Of a DNA stretch of 64,000 bases, positions 51,068 through 59,001 are shown one piece after another. Source of the DNA: Acidobacteriota bacterium (GTDB lineage: Bacteria > Acidobacteriota > Thermoanaerobaculia > UBA5066 > Gp7-AA6). The position numbers and the translations under genes were made by a program. Numbering within the stretch: the first letter of the stretch is position 1; each line of letters starts with the position of its first letter. The notes beneath the pieces are model-generated. The model saw only the letters and a program-made list of their open reading frames with translations. It had not been told where the DNA came from and made no database searches. The stretch is taken from assembly GCA_039933215.1 (NCBI GenBank), contig JBDTOO010000004.1, forward strand, positions 5,844 to 69,843, read 5' to 3'.

Positions 51068-52787
51068 AGACGGCGCCCCCGCCGGGGCGCGCATCCACCT
51101 CCACCGTCCCGCCGTGCATCTGGGCGATCCGCACGACGATCGCCAGCCCGAAACCGACTCCGTCCGGCTTGCTCGAGTAGAACGGCAGGAAGATCTTCTC
51201 GCGCGCTTCCGCGTCCACGCCCGGTCCGCGGTCGGCGACGGCGATCGACACCTCGCCGTCCGCACCCCCTCCCGAGACCGCCACGGCGTCGCTCTCCGTC
51301 CGGCGCCCGGGAGGCGTCGCTTCCGTCGCGTTGCGGAGGAGATTGGCGACGGCGCGCCGCAGGAGGAGCGTCGACCCGGCCACCTCCGGGAAGTTCCCCG
51401 CGCGGCGGACGCGCAAGCCGGGAAATGCCGCCTCGATCTCCGCGGACGCCGCTTCGACGACCGCGGCCAGGTCGACGGGCTCCGGCACGAATCCGTCGGG
51501 TCGGGCGAAGAGAAGGAAGTCGCTCGTCACCCGGCTCATCTCCTGCGCCTCGTTCCGGATGGCCTTCAAATGGTCCCCCGCGCGATCGGGGTTGCGCAGC
51601 GCGAGATCCGCGTATCCATCGATCGCGGCCGCCGCGTTACGGAACTCGTGCGCCGCCCCCGCGGAAACTTCTCCGAGGTCCGCGAGATGACGCGCCCGCG
51701 CGATGTTCGCCTCGAGCCGTCGCACCTCGGTCAGGTCCGAGAAGAGCGCCAGGACGCCCAGGAATCGTCCATCCGCGCCGGCCGCCGGGGTCGCAGTGAC
51801 GCCGAGGACCCGTTCGGGATCGCCCCAGCGGACCTCGCGGCGGCCGACGGCTTCCCGTTCGTCCAGCACCGACCTCACGACGGCGCGCAGCTCCGGCACG
51901 TGCCGGAGCGTCTCCTCGAAGCCGGCACCCCGGACGTCCTGCGGGAGCCCGAGGATCTCCCGGCCCGCCTCGTTCAACTCCACCACCGCCCCCGAGCGGT
52001 CGACCGACAGGAGCCCCGTCGGAAGGTTCCGGGCGAGCGTCCGCGCGGCGATCTCCATGTCGTCGGCGCGCTCTTTCTCCGCGCGGGCGAGACGCTCGAG
52101 CTCGAGCTCCTTTTCGGAGAGCGCCGCGATGGTCGCCTCGAAGCGCGCGATGACGAAATCGCGTTCGTCGGCCGACGCCCGCGCGGGGTTGTTTCCCCGC
52201 GGCGCCGCGCCCGCCGTCGCGAGCAGCCGGTCGTACGGCGCGAGCAGCGAGCGCAGATAGAGCCACGCCAGAACCACCAGGATCGCGCCGGCGAGAGGGA
52301 CGAGAACCGTCAGGTTGCGGGCGTACGAGCGCAGCGCCGAGCCGGGCGCCGGGTCGAGAGCGACGAGGTAGAAGCCGGGCGGCCCGGCAGCGGACGCGAG
52401 CAGCAGAGGCGGCGAGCTCTTCCAGTCGCTCAGCACGCGGCCGGCGGCCGGGTGGTCCGCGGGCAGTTTCTCCGGCGCCTGCACCTCGTGCGTCACGGCG
52501 CGGACTCTCCGGCCGCCGCGGTCGTAGACGGCGACGTAGACGACGTCCGGCCCCAGCGCCGCCCGGTCCAGCATGTCGGTGGGATCGGACGACGGAAGCG
52601 CCAGGCGCCTCAGGATCTCCGCGGCGCGGAGCTCCGCCTGGCGGCTCCCCCACTCCGTCGCGTTGCGCAGGAAGAGGAGCGTCACGAAGTTCAGGAAGAG
52701 GATCAGAAGCAGCGCGACCGACAGGAAGAGCCGCGAGTCCCGCCGAAACGAGCGCGGAACCTCGTCCGGGAGGCGCGCGCCGGTCAC
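50985..52787 (-). CDS. membrane sensor histidine kinase (PilS-like position); GTG start overlapping the pilD stop (GTGA)
   Basis: Two TM segments. HisKA H-box SAGAAHEFRNA. HATPase_c with a GVGFGLAIV G-box. The ORF-track start overlapped pilD in another frame and was trimmed. Confidence 0.7.
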   Translation of the reverse strand: MTGARLPDEVPRSFRRDSRLFLSVALLLILFLNFVTLLFLRNATEWGSRQAELRAAEILRRLALPSSDPTDMLDRAALGPDVVYVAVYDRGGRRVRAVTHEVQAPEKLPADHPAAGRVLSDWKSSPPLLLASAAGPPGFYLVALDPAPGSALRSYARNLTVLVPLAGAILVVLAWLYLRSLLAPYDRLLATAGAAPRGNNPARASADERDFVIARFEATIAALSEKELELERLARAEKERADDMEIAARTLARNLPTGLLSVDRSGAVVELNEAGREILGLPQDVRGAGFEETLRHVPELRAVVRSVLDEREAVGRREVRWGDPERVLGVTATPAAGADGRFLGVLALFSDLTEVRRLEANIARARHLADLGEVSAGAAHEFRNAAAAIDGYADLALRNPDRAGDHLKAIRNEAQEMSRVTSDFLLFARPDGFVPEPVDLAAVVEAASAEIEAAFPGLRVRRAGNFPEVAGSTLLLRRAVANLLRNATEATPPGRRTESDAVAVSGGGADGEVSIAVADRGPGVDAEAREKIFLPFYSSKPDGVGFGLAIVVRIAQMHGGTVEVDARPGGGAVFTLRLAAATAPGGAPASDRESSRQSRS

Positions 52788-53587
52788 GATGCCGGCCACA
52801 GGGCGCGGTATCGCGCGACGAGCGGCTCCCCGAAGAAGAAGGCCGCCACCGCCCCGACGGCCAGGAAGACGCCGAACGGCAGGCGCAGCTTGCGGTCGCC
52901 GGCGCCGGTCACGATGAGAAGCACGCCCACGAGGCTCCCCGAGAGAGAGGCGAGCAGGATCGTGACGAGGACTCCCCAGGGACCGATGAAGGCGCCGATC
53001 ATCCCCAGCATCTTCACGTCCCCGAGTCCCATGCCCTCGTGCCCGGCGATGCGCTCGTAGAGAAACGCGACGAGGAAGAGCGATCCCGCACCGGCGGCGG
53101 CCCCGAGCACCGCCGCGAGCGGGGAGCGCGACGGTGAGAGAAAGGCGACCCCGATCCCGAACGCGATGCCGGTCAGCGTGATCTTGTCGGGGAGGATCTG
53201 GAACTCCGCGTCGATCGCGAGGAGCGCGAGGCAGGCGGAGACCAGGAACACCCCCGAGAGGATCTCCCCCCAGTCGCGCCCGCGCATCGCGACGAGAACC
53301 CAGAGGATCCCGTTCGAAAGCTCCAGCGCGGGGTAGCGGATCGCGATCGGCGCCCGGCAGGTCGCGCACTTGCCGCGCAGCGCGAGCCAGGAGATGACCG
53401 GCACGTTCTGGAGCGGCCGAATCGGCTCGCCGCAGGAGGGACAGTGCGAGCCGGGCGAAACGAGGGACTCGCCACGCGGCAGGCGGTGGACGAGCACGTT
53501 CAAGAACGAGCCGACGAGAAGACCCGCGACGCCCGCGAGCGCGAGGAGAAGCGGACCCCAGTCCGACCAGGGCCCGACGGGCGTCAC
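52784..53587 (-). CDS. pilD: prepilin peptidase (A24 family) PilD
   Basis: N-terminal Cys-box CPSCGEPI ... CATC. Polytopic C-terminus with catalytic Asp motifs (ILPDKITL; GLGDVKMLGMIGAF). GTG start, GTGA overlap. Confidence 0.8.
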   Translation of the reverse strand: MTPVGPWSDWGPLLLALAGVAGLLVGSFLNVLVHRLPRGESLVSPGSHCPSCGEPIRPLQNVPVISWLALRGKCATCRAPIAIRYPALELSNGILWVLVAMRGRDWGEILSGVFLVSACLALLAIDAEFQILPDKITLTGIAFGIGVAFLSPSRSPLAAVLGAAAGAGSLFLVAFLYERIAGHEGMGLGDVKMLGMIGAFIGPWGVLVTILLASLSGSLVGVLLIVTGAGDRKLRLPFGVFLAVGAVAAFFFGEPLVARYRALWPAS

Positions 53588-55785
53588 AGGACCGCCCCGG
53601 CGCGGGCGGGCTCTCCGCGGCGGACGAGGACGACGAGCAGGATCAAGCCCGCGGCGGAGAGTGCCGCGCCGGCCGCGAACGAGACCGGCCGGTAGAGAAA
53701 CGCGACGCGATGAGGACCCGCGGCGAGCGCGACAGCCCGGAAGCACCCGTCGGCGAGGAGGATCTCGGCGCGCTTCCCGTCGACCTCCGCCCGCCAGCCG
53801 GGCCAGGCGAGGTCGGTCAACACGAGAAGCCCGGCCCCGTCGGCGTGGACCTCGGCGACGACGCGTTCGGGACGGTCCTCCGCGATGCGGGCGATCAGAA
53901 ATCCCTTCCGCGCCGATCCCTCGACCGGTCGGGGAGACGGCTCCCGGTCGACGAACACCGTCCGCTCCCAGTCGGCATCCCCGCGCGCCATCCGGGCCCA
54001 TGCCTTCGCGGGGTCCGGCTCGATCGAGAACGCGCGGACGAAGGAGAGCCTCGGACGGTAGGGATGGATCGGCGCCCGGAAGTAGTCGCCGACTCTTCTC
54101 GAGCCCATGTTCGGAGGGAGGTAGGGCGTCCAGAGGACGCGCCCGCTCGCCGCTCCGGCGGGCCGCTGCGGATCGCGTTCCGAATCGACGACGTCCGCCA
54201 CGGCCCGCGCCGAGAGGGTCGCGAGCGGAGATGCGGTCCGGAGAGTTCGCACCCCCATCGTGAGATTCGTGTATCCGAGAAGCGCTTCCCGCTGCCGGCG
54301 CAGCGTGGCCGCGTCGAAGGCGTCGTCGCGGAGGACCGCGGGGACGAGCGTCGCCATCGGCGGCGTGAGCACGCGTCCGGGCAAAGCCGCGAGAACGGAG
54401 ACCGCCGGCGGAATGCGCCGCAGCTCCGACTCGGGCGCGAAGCGGAAGAGACGCCCTCCGGAGAACGCGAGACCCGCGCAGAGGAACAGGGCCGCGGCCG
54501 TCTGCATCGCGCCCTGCCACGGGAGGCGCTCCGGCGAAACGAGCGCGACGGCCGCGAGCGCCGCGAGCCCGGCGGCCTCGGCCGCGCGCGCCACCGCCGG
54601 CTGCGCGGAGAAGGCGATGAGCAGCGCGCCGGCGGTCGCCGCGCCCGCGAGGAAGATGCGGTGCCGCGCCTCGCGAGAGAAGCGAAGGCTGTCGAGCCCG
54701 AGGCCGGCGAGAACCGCGAGCGCGAACGCCGCCGGCGCGAGAGCCTTCGCCGGGTAGCGGATCCGGTCCAAGGGCGGGAGGCTCCGCAGCCAGGCGCCGG
54801 GCGGACCGGCGGCCGCGAGGGCGACGCCGGCGAGGACGATTCCGGCGAGAACGAGGGTCAGGGGACGGCGCTCCCGCTCGCGGAGGGCGGCGGCGGCGAG
54901 GACGAGCGTCAGCGTTCCCGCCGCCAGCGATGGAAGGTAGGACGTGCCGCTTCCGCGCGAGAGCCCCGTCACCCCGGCGAGCCCCTGCCACCCGACGGCT
55001 CCTGCGTCGCGCTCGACGGCGGGCAGCGGGCCCCGGCGCTCGGACCGCAGCGTGAGCTCGCCGAAGGGAACGAGCGCCACCGCGGCGAGCACGAGCCCGA
55101 GCGCGGCGGAAGCGGCGAGCCGCCCGAGGCGGAGGCGCGGCGAAGGCTGGAATCCCCCCTCGCGAGCGGGCAGCGCCCGCCAGACGAAGAGCAGCGCGAT
55201 CGCGGCGGTCGCCCCCGAGATCTCCGGGCTTCCGGACAGCGCCTGGACGGCGAAAAGGCCCGCGAAGGCGAGGCGCGACGCGCGCGTCGCGAGCCCGCCC
55301 CGCGCGAGCGCCGCGAGGATCGGAAGCCAGGCATACGCTCCGAAGTGATTCCAGTAGCCGCAGAGAGACGCGGCGAAGCCCGACGCCGCAAACGACGCCG
55401 CCCCCGCCAGTGACGCCGCTTCCGTGGCGCCCTCCTGCCGCAGGAAGGCGCGTGTTCCGGCGACGGCCGCCGCGAAATGGAGGACCAGGAACAGCCCGGC
55501 CGCGAGCGCGGCGGAAGGCAGCAGGAACAGGAGCCCCGGCGGGTAGAACGCGCCCGACTGGAGATTCGCCAGCCAGGGCTCGCCGCACCCCGACAGGGGA
55601 TTCCACAGAGGCAGCTCGCCGGCCCGGAGACGATCCGCCGTGTAGAGCTTCAGCGGAAAGAAGAAGTCCGCCTGGTCGCGAAAGGTCGGCGCTGCGCGCC
55701 GGAAGAGGGCGGGGAAGAGCCAGTCGAGACAGGGAAAAACAGCCGCCGCGGCGAGAAGGCCGGCGGGGGCGCGGCGGAGGGTCAC
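53584..55785 (-). CDS. large polytopic membrane protein (733 aa), YfhO-like / putative GT-C-fold glycosyltransferase
   Basis: More than 12 TM helices followed by a soluble C-terminal domain. N-terminal loop motif resembles the YfhO family. Paralogous to 58998..61325 and 61322..63664. Confidence 0.4.
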   Translation of the reverse strand: MTLRRAPAGLLAAAAVFPCLDWLFPALFRRAAPTFRDQADFFFPLKLYTADRLRAGELPLWNPLSGCGEPWLANLQSGAFYPPGLLFLLPSAALAAGLFLVLHFAAAVAGTRAFLRQEGATEAASLAGAASFAASGFAASLCGYWNHFGAYAWLPILAALARGGLATRASRLAFAGLFAVQALSGSPEISGATAAIALLFVWRALPAREGGFQPSPRLRLGRLAASAALGLVLAAVALVPFGELTLRSERRGPLPAVERDAGAVGWQGLAGVTGLSRGSGTSYLPSLAAGTLTLVLAAAALRERERRPLTLVLAGIVLAGVALAAAGPPGAWLRSLPPLDRIRYPAKALAPAAFALAVLAGLGLDSLRFSREARHRIFLAGAATAGALLIAFSAQPAVARAAEAAGLAALAAVALVSPERLPWQGAMQTAAALFLCAGLAFSGGRLFRFAPESELRRIPPAVSVLAALPGRVLTPPMATLVPAVLRDDAFDAATLRRQREALLGYTNLTMGVRTLRTASPLATLSARAVADVVDSERDPQRPAGAASGRVLWTPYLPPNMGSRRVGDYFRAPIHPYRPRLSFVRAFSIEPDPAKAWARMARGDADWERTVFVDREPSPRPVEGSARKGFLIARIAEDRPERVVAEVHADGAGLLVLTDLAWPGWRAEVDGKRAEILLADGCFRAVALAAGPHRVAFLYRPVSFAAGAALSAAGLILLVVLVRRGEPARAGAVL

Positions 55786-55809
55786 GCCGTCATTGTAAGG
55801 GCCGGCGCT

Positions 55810-56289
55810 TCAGTTCTGGGTCCCCTCGGGCCACTGGATGAACGTGCCGTTGCTGAAGAGGATGTCGTCGTTGAAGTCCGTCGTCGTTCCACACACGACG
55901 GAGGACGAGACCCCGTCGCGTCCGAGGCTGCGAACGTTGTACTTCGAGAAAGCGACGTCCATGTTGTAGACCATGTAGTGCGACCAGCCGTCCCGCAGCG
56001 GCGGAAGGGCGATGTAGGTCGGGGAGAGGTTGGTGAACGAGGTCGCCGCGAGAACCGTGCCGGCGTCGGTGTACGTTCCCCCGGCGCATGCCGCCGCCGG
56101 AAAGAAACTGTTGTCGACGTGGTACGCCTCGAGAGCGACGGCGAGCGTCCGCATGTCCGCGACGGTGCGCTTCTGCCTCGCTCGCTGGACGGCGTTCAAG
56201 AGATTCGGAATCGCGATCGCGGCCAGGATGCCGATGATCGCGATCACGATCAAGAGCTCGATCAGCGTAAAGCCTCGCTGGCGTTTCAT
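55810..56289 (-). CDS. type IV pilin (PilA/GspG-like) with prepilin leader, copy 1
   Basis: MKRQRGFTLIELLIVIAIIGILAAIAIPNLLNAVQRARQK. C-terminal Cys pair. Confidence 0.75.
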   Translation of the reverse strand: MKRQRGFTLIELLIVIAIIGILAAIAIPNLLNAVQRARQKRTVADMRTLAVALEAYHVDNSFFPAAACAGGTYTDAGTVLAATSFTNLSPTYIALPPLRDGWSHYMVYNMDVAFSKYNVRSLGRDGVSSSVVCGTTTDFNDDILFSNGTFIQWPEGTQN

Positions 56290-56332
56290 TGGGCGCCTCC
56301 GCTCGGATGGATCGAGTCCTGCACCGGTCGGC

Positions 56333-56827
56333 CTACTGCTGGGTGCCTTCGGGCCACTGCAGGAAGGCGCCGTCCGCATACGCGATGTCGTCGTTGAAGT
56401 CCGTCGTCGTGCCGCAGACGAGCGTCGTGTTGATGGTCTTGTTGCGTCCGCCCGACTGGATCCGATAGTTGTTGCCCGGCGTGTCGCTCGAGTAGTTCAT
56501 CGCCGCCGACCAGCCGTCGACCTTCGGGGGCTGCGCGATGTACGTCGGCGAGAGATTCGTGAACGACGCAGTGGCGAGCGCCACGTTCGAGCCGCCCGTG
56601 TACAAGCCCGCGGCGCAAGCGGCGGCCGGGTACTTGTTGTTGTCGACCGCGTAGGACTCGACCGCCGTCGCCAGCGCCCGCATGTCCGACATGGTCCGCT
56701 TCTGCTTGCCGCGCTGCACGGCGTTCAGAAGGTTGGGGATCGCAATCGCGGCCAGGATGCCGATGATCGCGATGACGATCAGAAGCTCGATCAGAGTGAA
56801 ACCCGACTCCGCTTTTCTTGGGGACAT
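56333..56827 (-). CDS. type IV pilin (PilA/GspG-like), copy 2
   Basis: SGFTLIELLIVIAIIGILAAIAIPNLL ... MSDMRALATAVESYAVDNNKYP. RBS AAGGA upstream. Confidence 0.75.
   Translation of the reverse strand: MSPRKAESGFTLIELLIVIAIIGILAAIAIPNLLNAVQRGKQKRTMSDMRALATAVESYAVDNNKYPAAACAAGLYTGGSNVALATASFTNLSPTYIAQPPKVDGWSAAMNYSSDTPGNNYRIQSGGRNKTINTTLVCGTTTDFNDDIAYADGAFLQWPEGTQQ
56336..56810. repeat. 475-bp direct repeat (copy A), near-identical to 56963..57437 (pilin gene duplication)
   Basis: The two stretches read identically base for base over most of pilin copies 2 and 3. Confidence 0.8.
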
Positions 56828-56918
56828 TTGGTCATCCTTTGGTCACGAAGGCCTGGACCGGGAGCCGCTTCGGCGATAGGAGCGGGACAGATTCCCGGCC
56901 GGAGAGTTCAAAAAAAAA

Positions 56919-56941
56919 CGGTCCCGACCGGGTCGGGACCG
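56919..56941 (-). terminator. rho-independent terminator after pilin copy 3
   Basis: Perfect 23-nt palindrome cggtcccgaccgggtcgggaccg followed on the minus strand by a U9 tract. Confidence 0.7.
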
Positions 56942-56961
56942 TTTCCCTGGGCAACGCCCGA

Positions 56962-57450
56962 TTACTGCTGGGTCCCTTCGGGCCACTGCAGGAAGGCGCC
57001 GTCCGCATACGCGATGTCGTCGTTGAAGTCCGTCGTCGTGCCGCAGACGAGCGTCGTGTTGATGGTCTTGTTGCGTCCGCCCGACTGGATCCGATAGTTG
57101 TTGCCCGGCGTGTCGCTCGAGTAGTTCATCGCCGCCGACCAGCCGTCGACCTTCGGGGGCTGCGCGATGTACGTCGGCGAGAGATTCGTGAACGACGCAG
57201 TGGCGAGCGCCACGTTCGAGCCGCCCGTGTACAAGCCCGCGGCGCAAGCGGCGGCCGGGTACTTGTTGTTGTCGACCGCGTAGGACTCGACCGCCGTCGC
57301 CAGCGCCCGCATGTCCGACATGGTCCGCTTCTGCTTGCCGCGCTGCACGGCGTTCAGAAGGTTGGGGATCGCAATCGCGGCCAGGATGCCGATGATCGCG
57401 ATGACGATCAGAAGCTCGATCAGAGTGAAACCGGATTCCCGTTTCTTCAT
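56962..57450 (-). CDS. type IV pilin (PilA/GspG-like), copy 3; likely the major pilin, with its own promoter and terminator
   Basis: MKKRESGFTLIELLIVIAIIGIL .... RBS GGGAGGGAAG. C-terminus identical to copy 2. Confidence 0.8.
   Translation of the reverse strand: MKKRESGFTLIELLIVIAIIGILAAIAIPNLLNAVQRGKQKRTMSDMRALATAVESYAVDNNKYPAAACAAGLYTGGSNVALATASFTNLSPTYIAQPPKVDGWSAAMNYSSDTPGNNYRIQSGGRNKTINTTLVCGTTTDFNDDIAYADGAFLQWPEGTQQ
56963..57437. repeat. 475-bp direct repeat (copy B) of 56336..56810
   Basis: See copy A. Confidence 0.8.
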
Positions 57451-57493
57451 CTTCCCTCCCTGTTTTCTATGCTGTTGAGTTCGCCCGGTATAG

Positions 57494-57509
57494 AGCAAGG
57501 GGGAAGCCA
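57494..57509 (-). promoter_or_regulatory. candidate sigma-54 promoter (TGGCTT-N5-TTGCT on the minus strand) about 45 nt upstream of pilin copy 3
   Basis: GG (-24) and GC (-12) elements with canonical spacing. Type IV pilin genes are classically RpoN/PilR-dependent. Confidence 0.4.
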
Positions 57510-57582
57510 GAGAGCGTGGCATTCAAGTCTTTCAAAATCAACGATTTGCGATCCAGGCCCCGAAGGCCCATGACGCGTTTTG

Positions 57583-59001
57583 TCACTTTGCGGCCGGAGA
57601 CGGTGACGAAATGCCGTCCGGGAAAAAGGCGAACTCCAGGAGCACCTGGTCCATCAGCTCGACGCCGCGGAGGTAGTCGCGCAGGAAAACGCGCTCGTCA
57701 TTCCCGTGGCGGCGGACCTCGTCGGTGATGTTGTAGGGGATGGGCGAGAAACCGTAGGCAGGATAGCCGCGGGCGCGAAAGGAGCTGCTCGTGGTCGTCC
57801 CCCCGAAGGTCGGAAGAGGGCCAAAGGGCACGCCGGGATTCAGCGCCTGGGTGACCCGCTCCAGGAGATCCGTGAGCGCGGTCGGGTAGGGGCTCGCCCT
57901 GGTGGCTCCGGAGGAGAGGCGCTCCCGGATCGCGACCCCTTCCTCCTTCGCGGCGGCGGCGATCGTCTCCAGAAACGGGTCGGGCGCCTGGCCGGGCGGC
58001 ACCGAGACCACGGCGTAACCGCGGTAGGTGGCCGTCTGCCCGGGAGGGTACGGGTAGGAGCCGGACCAGTGGATCCGCGGCTCGAGGAAGGCCCCGTACC
58101 GGTCGGGCAGGAGCGCCAGCTCCTTCGGATCGCGGCGCACCCGGTCCAGGTGGCGCAGCGGGTCGGTCAGCGGATGCTGGAGGTGGTTCGCGAGCATCCC
58201 GAAGGAGACGACGACCTGCGGATCGGGTTCCACCGGGGCCCCCTCGATGCGGGGAAACCGTTTCGCGAGCGCGTCGATCGGCTGCGCGCCGCGCGACTCG
58301 AGCTCGAGAAACCCGTAGCCCGCCTGCAGCGTCTCCAGGCCCCAGAAGCGGACGTCCCGGAGGACAACCTCGGCGGCCCCGCCCTCGTTCAAGACGGCGC
58401 CCACCCCTTCGAACCACTCCGGCCGGTGCTCGAGGAGCCATTTCGAGCCGAGACGCTGGCCGACCTCCTCGTCGGCCTCGGCCAGGAAGAGGATGTCCGT
58501 CTCGGGGACGATGCCGCGCTGTTTCAGGTTCCGCATCGCGATCGCCTGCGCGAGAGCGAGGGACTTCATGTCGTAGGACCCGCGCCCGTAGAGATAGCCG
58601 CGCTTGATCTCGGCGGCAAAGGGGGCGGCCTCCTTCCAGAGCGACGGGAAGACCGGCGCGACGTCGATGTGGTTCAAGAGAAGGAGAGCCCCCTTGCGGC
58701 GGCGGCCCGCCAGGCGCGCGAGAAGGTTGCAGCGGCCGGGCTCGGGACAGACGATCTCCGACGGGATGCCGGCGCAGTCGAAGATGCCCTGGAGGAAGAG
58801 GGCCCCCCCCCGCTCTCCCGCGCCCTCCGACGTCGTGTCGATGCGGACGTAGTCGCGCAGCAGCGCCACGGGCTCCTGCTTCAGCCACTCGGCGGCGGGC
58901 CGGACCTGGTCGAGCTCGATTCCAGAGGAGATCCTGGGCGGGCGCCGGCACGATCCGGCCGCGAGAACGAGCAGGACGGCGCACGCGATCTTCGCTTTCA
59001 T
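57583..59001 (-). CDS. M20-family metallopeptidase/deacylase lipoprotein
   Basis: Lipobox LAAGSC. Motifs HIDVAPV, GRGSYDMK and EADEEVG are typical of the M20 (ArgE/DapE/CPG2) family. Confidence 0.7.
   Translation of the reverse strand: MKAKIACAVLLVLAAGSCRRPPRISSGIELDQVRPAAEWLKQEPVALLRDYVRIDTTSEGAGERGGALFLQGIFDCAGIPSEIVCPEPGRCNLLARLAGRRRKGALLLLNHIDVAPVFPSLWKEAAPFAAEIKRGYLYGRGSYDMKSLALAQAIAMRNLKQRGIVPETDILFLAEADEEVGQRLGSKWLLEHRPEWFEGVGAVLNEGGAAEVVLRDVRFWGLETLQAGYGFLELESRGAQPIDALAKRFPRIEGAPVEPDPQVVVSFGMLANHLQHPLTDPLRHLDRVRRDPKELALLPDRYGAFLEPRIHWSGSYPYPPGQTATYRGYAVVSVPPGQAPDPFLETIAAAAKEEGVAIRERLSSGATRASPYPTALTDLLERVTQALNPGVPFGPLPTFGGTTTSSSFRARGYPAYGFSPIPYNITDEVRRHGNDERVFLRDYLRGVELMDQVLLEFAFFPDGISSPSPAAK

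Noticed and set aside
55810-57450. Calling the three pilin-like genes type II secretion pseudopilin GspG
   Set aside because: No GspD/E/F secretin or ATPase genes are present. The neighbours are PilT, PilD and the PilVWXY1 genes, so type IV pilins are more parsimonious, although the N-terminal motifs are GspG-like.
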